A stretch of 64,000 nucleotides of DNA from contig CM060734.1 of NCBI GenBank assembly GCA_030704615.1, positions 51,584,001-51,648,000 of the forward strand, read 5' to 3'. Numbering within the stretch: the first letter of the stretch is position 1; each line of letters opens with the position of its first letter. Below the pieces are notes generated by a model. It was not told where the DNA came from. It was given only the letters and a program-made list of their open reading frames with translations, and did not search any database. The translations under genes and the position numbers were made by a program. The DNA comes from Takakia lepidozioides (lineage: Eukaryota > Plantae > Bryophyta). This document shows, piece by piece, positions 55,801 to 64,000 of this stretch.

Positions 55801-57012
55801 GAGGACGGACTATGTCCCGCTTGCGCTGGGAACAACAGGGAAATGGAAAGTGAACATGTCCTCTTTCATTATCCTTCATACTGTGAGATCTGTGGGAGAT
55901 TCAATGTCTATCCGTGATACCCAATCCCTCACAGAGGTCTTCCATTACGAGGATCAGAAATGGCAGCATACCTGGATGAGATTTTGACTCTTAGACAATT
56001 CCTTAAACAATAGTTGCTTTTGGGATGCTTGTGGACGGCCCTTCCCTCTCTCTAGTTTCTTTCATGCTCCTGTCCGTAATCTCCTTGAGGGGAGGTTATA
56101 AATTACATTTCATTTCTCTCTCTGTTTCTCACTCTCACACACTCATTGCAACTCTCAAGGGAATCTTAGGATTTAGTGGAAATACAATGTCCAGTGGGCA
56201 AATGTTGCTGCTGTACACTGGAGGAAGTTGTTTGATATCCAGAGGGATATGTACAAATCAACCAACAGGGAGCATCAACGTCATGTTTATATTTGTGTTT
56301 ATGAATCCCCTCGTCCGAGGAGAGATCGATCTTTTGCATTGAGTGGGAAGGGAATGTTTGGGTAAGAACAGGTGTAATGGTAGCATGGGCTGGAGTGGAG
56401 CATTACAAGAGAGGACTGATGGATCCGCCGCCTCCTCTTGATGAACCTGATGATGCTTGGGTAATCTCTTTGACTTCCCTCACCCCTTGCTATCAGGTTG
56501 CTACTGTGCTGATTACTGTGTTGTGGTTGCAAGACATGTGGGGTGATGGTCATTCATGGCTTGGCCGGTATCTTTCCTCCAATCATATCAGGTTCCAAGT
56601 GGCCACTGGTTGTATTAAGTCTGCTTCACCAATGGAGTCTGCTGGAGTATGGTTGTATACAGTTAGCTGCAATGGACATAGGATCTTGGTTACAAACAGC
56701 AAGGTATGGGTGTTTGGGATGCCATGGCGATAAAGAGTATAGACTGCCTAAAAAAAAGAGATGAGATGAGTCCATGTCCGAGATCTAGATTAATGTCAGA
56801 GTACAACTTCCTTCTTTGTACAACAAAGTTGACATGACATGCGATGTGCTTTGAGATGGGGGCAGCTAGATCTGAGGCCACGCTGGCAGCTAGGCGAGGT
56901 ATATGCAGAAGGAGAAAGTGATGCGAAATCTTTGAAAAAGCCTGGTGCCCACCTTTCCCTTACTGCTCAGGTTCGGAATTATGCAGAGGGATGTCACAAA
57001 CACCCCACATAA
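49813..57012 (+). CDS. GCP1: Organellar tRNA N6-adenosine threonylcarbamoyltransferase (TsaD/Qri7/OSGEPL1, plant GCP1)
   Basis: Exons 49813-50115, 50937-50981, 51124-51198, 51565-51661, 51826-51916, 52296-52345, 52502-52584, 52864-52971, 53278-53363, 53749-53824, 54002-54085, 54426-54540, 56372-56460, 56866-57012. Motifs VLGIETSCDDT, GPGL, HHMEAH, LLVSGGH, DDAIGEAYDK, NFSYAGLK, VVSGGVASN, CTDNGVMVAW and LRPRW. Confidence 0.93.
54613..54646 (+). mobile_element. Ultra-short 3' end of the LINE family in a GCP1 intron
   Basis: ACAAGGCTACGGCAAACAACATCTTATGAGTACA lies between TC and TCTG tracts. A further internal LINE piece (CTGTTCACCAACTTTCAAAGTCTTGAGGCTGAGCC) follows at ~54684-54750. Confidence 0.85.
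55010..55454 (+). mobile_element. Internally deleted, diverged LINE copy (subfamily B)
   Basis: Translates to ..ESMLACSTRANVAVRGKFGTPPSSSQRDESKVRWCGQL.., against ..ECMSACSKTANVAVRGEFGIPSLSSRRDEFKVRWWGQL.. in the long copy. It then jumps to the 3' end ...CTTATGAGTACA followed by TTCTCT. Confidence 0.8.
55590..55800 (-). mobile_element. Degenerate RT fragment of another LINE
   Basis: WPQQAIKVMKSYPYLGLVI resembles the RT C-terminal YxYLG motif (compare WGSQEIPVLPSYTYLGVEF). Confidence 0.45.
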
Positions 57013-58011
57013 TCCACCCAAGTGCTGGTGGGCCAAGCGATTCTAGCCTGGCAGAAAATTCAAAGTCGAATCATTGATTCCTCGAGCCTGAATTTTTGGT
57101 GAGGGTGTTTGTGCAACATGTGCAAACTGGAACCGCTTTCCAGATGTTCCACTTGGCAGTTTTGTACAAGAGTTGGAGACAAATGTCATAATAGAGCAGA
57201 CTGAATTGAAGAATAGTCTAATATTTTGAAGAGCTGTGAGATGAGACCTGTAGAGTTTAGCATAAGCTGACAAAACAAAATGCCACCAATGCATGTTCGT
57301 CCCCCTTCGATGCCTATTGGTTGCAAGCTTTGCCCTGGCAACAAAATAACTTAAGAGGTGGAAGGTGAAATGCCCATGCTCTTCAGATTCATCCACGTAT
57401 GTTTAATCCTCCCATATAGGTTGGCAGACATGGTTCACCTCCCTGACACTGAGATCCATGAAGTGTGCAAAAGCAACAACGCCCCTACCCCCACCCCGTT
57501 CTTATGGAATTGTGTCTGATTAGCATTCCTTAATTACTCATCCATAGTAGGTACATCAAGCCATGACTGGTTCATTTTCCTCATTGTCACCCATATTATC
57601 TGCTGTCACTGTTCACCAAGCAATCCCTTGTTGCATTCCAGTAGCCAAATTCTCTCTATGAAGCACAAAATGGTTCTTGCCTTTGAGGGAATTGCTTTGC
57701 ATCTCTCAGGTTTTGGTATCTTGACTTCGTCTTTAATCTTGATATCTGTGGTGTAATGCCTACATATCGGGACTCGGAGCTTCTGCAAAGATATATATTT
57801 TAATTTCCAGTGTGGAGAATGTAATGTACATGAGTCTGCACCATTTGGTCTTGTGGACACTGGGTCCCCACTGGTCACAAAAAAAGGGAATTGGGTCTTG
57901 CAGTATGGTGATACTTGTAAAAAGCACCATTGTGCACTAGCTTTTGTGATAACCACGAACAGGAGTGTCTATCAAGTACAGGTGTCTCCTCAGCTTTTCC
58001 ACTCTATTTCA

Positions 58012-58782
58012 TCAGCCGACATTGCCCATGGAGTCAGCTACTGAAAATATTGTAAATACACTACTAGCAATGTCAGCCACTGTCCTAACCAATCTTGATA
58101 GAAAGTCAAGGATAGATGAAGCCTTGTTCTTTAGGTCACTGTCATTCATCCCATTTATTTCGGGCACGCTACTTTCTTCGCCTCTTGCCTTAAACGATGC
58201 AAGAAGATCCGTCTCCAGTTTCTCTATTGACTTCTTTCTAACATCCTTATTCCGTGACTCCTGTACACGTCTTTTACTAACAGGAGGTATATCTGTGATG
58301 AGTACGTTCTCCCTGCCCACGTTTTTGACCCAATCAGGAAGGTCGTCCCAGTTGCTTGTTAGCCATTCTTCAGCTTCTTTGGTAAAGATAATGGTAAATA
58401 CATCTTCTGCACCTGCGAATACAACTTGAAACGACTCCCATATATTTTCGTCCATAACGTCAAATCTGTTGTTTGCAGCTTTGACATATATCAGGTGCGA
58501 GTACCCTTCACGTCCTCCCTTCACGTTCTCGAGAAAAGTTGTTATCTTCTCCACCGCCTCTTCTGATGAGACCGTACCACCTGCTGCTTCTCCCAGACCT
58601 ACAGTATCGGTCACTGTCCAGCCCCTTCCAGATGAAGTCTTCAATGACGAGGTACATCCTTTGACACCATGACCAATCGTGAACTCCTCATCTTCTACAC
58701 CTCCCGTTACAAGAGCATTAGCAATTGTGGATTTTCCAGCTCCTGTCTTTCCAAAGAGTAGTACTCTCTTGTTTGTTGTCAT
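58012..58782 (-). CDS. AIG1/GIMAP-like (TRAFAC) P-loop GTPase
   Basis: VLLFGKTGAGKST (G1), GCT (G2), VTDTVG (G3) and IIFTK (G4-like). First in-frame ATG at 58782; a possible acceptor just upstream means a 5' exon may be missing. Confidence 0.8.
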   Translation of the reverse strand: MTTNKRVLLFGKTGAGKSTIANALVTGGVEDEEFTIGHGVKGCTSSLKTSSGRGWTVTDTVGLGEAAGGTVSSEEAVEKITTFLENVKGGREGYSHLIYVKAANNRFDVMDENIWESFQVVFAGAEDVFTIIFTKEAEEWLTSNWDDLPDWVKNVGRENVLITDIPPVSKRRVQESRNKDVRKKSIEKLETDLLASFKARGEESSVPEINGMNDSDLKNKASSILDFLSRLVRTVADIASSVFTIFSVADSMGNVG

Positions 58783-61521
58783 CTCTGTAGCATGTGCAAT
58801 CAGCGTCAAAAATTAGCAATGAAACAATACAGTAAATTGGTACATTATAGAACAACCATCAACTGGTGTAAGATTGCACCTTTCTTGTGGTATAAACAAT
58901 GCACGCTCTCTGGAAAATGTTATTTGGTTCTCATCACGACCTCCTCGCCGTTTAATGTTTCAGACGACAAGGTAACATAGTTCGATTTTATTCTTTTAAG
59001 AAATCTTCTTTTTCTTCTCCTATCTCCTTCACAGTTTCCTCCCAACCATCCTTGCAGCTCCAATCCCTTCCTTGAACTCAGAATGAGAAGCTCACATACT
59101 GTAAAGCATTGCCCTCACTATGTAGCGACCACGGAAGCTGCTTCTTCGAGACTCACTCTGCGTACACCATCGTAGGCGGGACTAAGACCCGGTAGTACGC
59201 AGTCAATCTCCTAATGAGGAATGGTTATCTCCTCGTCACCCCTATCCGTCTCATGGCACCTGAAGAGTTGCTTGTATAGTATCTTAAAGGCTTCGAGGCG
59301 GGTCTTAATCGGTCAATTCCTGACGGCACATCGTGATACTTGGATGGTCTCAACAGTTTTCACATTAGTCGCTCTAGAAACTTCGAGACAGAATCTAACT
59401 GGTAATCTGTAATTATTACTTGTCTATAAACCGGGAAGACGTTTCTGAAGATGAGAGAGCTGAGACAGCCAAGCCCTCACATACTAAATTCTGTATGATG
59501 GATTTAGGCTTGATGAAACAGGGGAACAATCTTGACACCTGTTGCTTGATCTAGGGGCTTTTAGAATGGAACTGCCCGATACCAAACCACACCCACTACT
59601 TGTTTACTAGCAGATGAAGGCGGAGGACATCATTCTCATCATGATTCCTGGTAGGAGATACTTGAGCGTAAGGCTCGAGGGAACATGGCAAAAGGCGATG
59701 AGCTCCCCATCCAGCTACATGAGTGCTTCAACTCATTATTTTCCCTTTACGCACATCCTCGACACATCTCAACAAACTCTATCTTCATAGTGCTATGTCG
59801 GTAAGATATCGTCAAGATATTTAGTGCGGCTGATAGACCATGGGAGACATACAGGCATATCTTACTCCATCTTTCCAGTATCTCCTTGGGACATTTCACA
59901 CATCTTCATGCAGGAGATTCTTTTAGGAGCCTGTGGTTTCATAGCAGAGGTTTGTAACATTTAATTATGAGGCACGGATGGACTGTAGAATCAAAATAAT
60001 GGACTTCATGGATCTGACAACAGAAAGAGGGTCATGTACCAGTGTAGGGAGCCTATTGGATTCTAGGAAACATCATATGCAAGAAAGATGGCGTATTTGA
60101 CTTACAACGAAAGCTTCTGTATGTGATTCCAATGAGAAGAAAGGTATTCCTGGAGATTATAGAGTGCAATTATACAGATTAGACTTGTTAGCAACTTAGA
60201 TGTTTCCGATTCTCTCAATAATATGCTGCTTCATGAGACTCATCGCATCATATCCACAGGGTGAAAGGTAAGAGACCGCAAAGTTTCTACTTACGGAACC
60301 AAAATCCCTCACATGACAACCTTTGATAGAGCAGTGTGGAGTTTTAGTCAGAATCGTACCTTCTGTCTCCATGTTAGTAGATGGGGTTAGCTCCTGACGA
60401 CGGAAGCGTATGGTGAAGCAACGCTAGGGTGGAAAACGCGCGTGTCGGAAAGGTCTGCCTCAGAGTTGCTTGCGGAAGACTCCCATGTACGCTGTCACAG
60501 AGATATTTGTAGATGAACACATGTCGGTTACTGCGGATCTCGTTGCTGAAGACTTGGATGCGTTTCCGTACATGCATGACTATGCATGGGAATGGGCGTA
60601 TGGCTATTATCTCAGGGACTTACTATTACGTATGTGGGTTAGAATTTGGCCCTACGACCTGCGGCATTGAGTCAACGCATCCTGCTAGCCTATTCACATT
60701 AACGATTTAATCTTAAATCAATGAGGATGAGGGTTATTAGTTATTACGTTATTACTTCCTTTAGATGCTTGGATTGGTGTTCTACTTGATTACAACTATC
60801 CCCTTGGAGGATGGACTCTGCCCTGGATAAATCATTATTACGTCTGTAAATGTTAACCTACCATAAATATTAAGAAATTTTTATTCCCCTATTTGCCTGT
60901 ATACTAGCAAATGTAAAGTGTTATTTGTTAACAAATGTTATTTCTCTCTTCATTGATTTACCCTTAATAAAAGTTAAGTGCACTGTAAAGGCTACGCTGT
61001 ATGCTCAAGCTAGCTTGAGATGAGCTCCATAATTAAGCTTCAGCTAGGTCAATCCCTAAATGCCGGCAGGGTCTGTTCACTTTTTTGAAAAAAATGACCC
61101 TGCCTAGTAAAATCCAATGTTGGACCAGTATAGGTCTGGGGCGGGCATCAACTAGGGTAAGTATAATTGGTAATGGTAGGAAGAATAATACCAGAGGGGG
61201 TACGTGCAAGGGCAAGACCCCGCCGTACCTTGGTGGGGCAGGGTACATGGACTTCTAAAACCCTAGCGCAACCCTAGGCCAATCTGGTCTTCTTCCTCGC
61301 ACTACCATTCCGTAATGCCTGCGCACGTGCGCATCACGATGACGTGGCAGGTTTTGATTGCGTACGAGGAGGCCTGCTATTTCCTGTAGCATTGTGTCCT
61401 TCTTTTCATCTCGTATTTTGTGTCCTTCGTGTGTCCTTTATGATGTGACAGGGCTGAAAGACCTACTCAGCAGGTCACTTTATGACCTGCTCCATCCTTA
61501 GCGACAGTGACATTACGTCCT

Positions 61522-61644
61522 GTAGCGCACTGGAGCGCGACCTCTACGGGCAGTAGCAGGTCGCTGTGACTGGCTCGACGCTCCCGCGTCTCGTCACGCA
61601 CAGCTCCTGCTACGGCCCGTAGCGGCCGCGCTCCAGTGCGCTAC
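61522..61644. repeat. 123-bp GC-rich foldback (long inverted repeat)
   Basis: Outer 18 bp are perfectly inverted (GTAGCGCACTGGAGCGCG / CGCGCTCCAGTGCGCTAC). The arms continue to about 39 bp with 3 mismatches, and there is an inner GACGC-TCCC-GCGTC stem. Confidence 0.9.
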
Positions 61645-63490
61645 CTAGTACAATATCATGCATGCTTGTGTTGAGGGAGAGGAAGTAGGGGTAGGGTTTA
61701 GGGTAGTTTTCATTAGGAATATTGAGTACATGGAGCATTTTCAAGAGGCCACTTCAATGAGGATGTCTGCCACCTCATTACCTACGATGCTTATGTGGGA
61801 GCGGATTTTGTGTAGGTGTTTGTGGCGGTTTGTTGGAAAATTACGTGGTTTATGGAAGATTGATTTATGGATCAATCTGGGTTTGTCTTGCAGCATTTTG
61901 CACTTGGATTAGATAAATTTCTTACGGTTTTTCATGGGCTTGGTGTTTGGTAGTATCGTAGGACATTCTTTCTTTTCGCTTCTCGCCCTATTTGGGAGAT
62001 AGAGTTGATCCAGGTGGTGATGTAAGTGTCATTGTGAGGTTTAGTGATTATTACTACGGAAAATTGTTGTCTTCGAGACACAGGTGAGGCCGTAGGTCAT
62101 GGTTAGTGACGTAAGACCACGCGGAAGCGGGCTATGTTGATGTATACAACCTTACAGATCGAACGCAATACGACGCAAAGGCCGTAAGGGCTCTATCATA
62201 TCCCCACTTCGTGCCAATATTTTCCCACATGAATTGGAACTGGAGTAGGTGAACCCTCATATACATCAGGTGCCCACCGCCATTCTTGTCAAGCACGGGA
62301 CGGCAGGTGACTCACGGCTTCACCCTGCCCAGGAGGCTAACTCGCTAATAACTTTCCTCCTTGGGGTTTTAGAACCATGGTTCATAGCTGGGATTTAGTC
62401 TGTCTGCAAGCGGCAAGTTTATTGAAGGCGCTAATATGGGTGTATTTATTCCTGGCAAAATTTCGACCACAAAAATTAAAATAGAATCTTCTGTCGTAAA
62501 TTCCCTGTTTTCTCATGGACGAAATTGCCAAACTTCTCCAAATAAAATATAAGCCATGGATGAATTTTCCAAATATGGATAATAGACATGGATGAAGGTA
62601 GGATGATTCTATCCCAATTTCAGTGGATGGACAAAATGTAAGGCTATTTCTCGCAAAACTTAGTAGCCACTCCTGTTATTTTTCAAATTTCCAAAAAAAA
62701 AAACATTAGGACTCAACTTGGAGCCGTGCCACTGGGGTCTCCTGGATTGGTCGAGCGGATGGTCATTGCCTTGCAGATTGAGTGATGTGTATGTATTTGT
62801 GTTTGCCATGCTCTCTGTTGGGTTCTTGTTAGGTAGCCTCCGTTGAGTTTTGAGCTGTGGTTTGTGGTTTCAGGGATTTCAGTGGTTGATGCACATGAGT
62901 TTCGTGTATATAATTCTGTAGTCTGGGCTGCAGATACCCTAGTATAGGGACCATTTCGACATAAATTTTAAATATTTCAAAGATTGTTGAAAATTTTGGA
63001 AATTGGTTTTGTGAAATTAAATAACTTTGTGAATATACAATAAAGCATCTCTTAGAATATTCCATATGTCGAAATGAAATTCTCAAAATAAAAAATATTT
63101 GACAGATGCCTGTCGATCTTGACAAGGTACTACGTGGTAGCAAAGCGGGGGGCCCGGAGGTGCCCACTGGCCGGGGGCTACCCTTATGGCTATCTCTAGC
63201 GTAGGAAAGACTAAGGGCCCGGCCGGGATTTTTTTAGTGAGAGAGGAGGGCACGTCGACGTTCCTGCCACCTCAGGATGCCACCTTCCGCGTAAGCTTCC
63301 TCTTCTTGACGAGAGGAAGCACCTTACGTCGCGTAAGCTTCCTCCTCTTGCTGGCGGTCCGATGAGGAAATCCCTGAATTTCTCAGTATTGTCGGAAGAG
63401 ACTTATGAAACCCGCATCTATGAGAGGCTGGAACAACTCCCCTGAGACTACCAAGTCGACGCGAAGCAGGCCTTCTGTGCACACTAGGGA

Positions 63491-63768
63491 TACTTGTTTC
63501 TCTGGCACAAAGCCTTGTCGCCGGTGCTTTCTGCTACACATAAGCATATGAAGTATAGTGATTCTAACTAGTAGACTTCTTATACGTGTTTCTCTGGCAC
63601 AAAGCCTTGTCGCCGGTGCTTTCTGCTACACATAAGCATATGAAGTATAGTGATTCTAACTAGTAGACTTCGTATACTTGTTTTTCTGGCACAAAACCTT
63701 GTCGCCTGGTTCTTCTGCTACACTAAGCATATGCAGTATAGTTATTCTAACTAGTACACTTCTTATAC
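63491..63768. repeat. Tandem array of three 92-bp units
   Basis: Units begin at 63491, 63583 and 63675 (TGTTTCTCTGGCACAAAGCCTTGTCGCC...CTAACTAGTAGACTTC). The third is more diverged. Confidence 0.92.
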
Positions 63769-64000
63769 ATCCTGAGCCTGTGGTCTATTTGTGTTGTGTT
63801 ATGATTGAAGTTACGACGATCCGATTGCAAGAACACAATGGCCGATGTCACAGTCCTTTTAATTGGTCATGGCCAGTACGCGCAGAGTATTGCTCAGGTC
63901 CTGAGAGACAACAAGTACACTGTGAGAGAGATAGAGAGCAGTACTCTGAGAGAGATGGAGAGCACTACTGACTTGGTCGACAAGGACAAGCTATTGTTGA

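Noticed and set aside
63491-63768. Possible CRISPR-like array
   Set aside because: The units are contiguous near-identical 92-mers with no unique spacers, there are no cas genes, and the context is eukaryotic.

Overview
Eukaryotic nuclear DNA with many spliceosomal introns, from a land plant. The gene set and sequence style look like a moss or other bryophyte (inference). Genes I could reconstruct by hand: NDX (nodulin homeobox, - strand) head-to-head with CDC48/p97 (+); an intronless plastid RseP/ARASP-type M50 protease (-); a PhzF-family pseudogene (+); MED16/SFR6 (-); an intronless ARM-repeat gene (-); organellar TsaD/GCP1 (+); and an AIG1-like GTPase (-) with a broken, inverted copy about 17 kb away. 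The most striking structure is one non-LTR retrotransposon family (APE + RT + C-terminal CCHC, RTE/RTEX-like). It has a 4.7-kb copy bounded by a 14-bp TSD inside a probable GC-AG intron of NDX, plus five more 3' ends in the window. It ends about 6 nt after its stop codon with no poly(A), and the truncated copies sit in, and stack at, TC-rich tracts. A TE-dense island (about 35.5-49 kb) holds hAT-like MITEs, a tRNA-derived SINE, a helicase+endonuclease (Helentron-type) relic and a CCCC...GGGG element with TTA(A) flanks that resembles piggyBac. The last 3 kb contain a 123-bp GC-rich foldback and a 92-bp tandem array. All calls come from reading the sequence by eye; no database searches were run.
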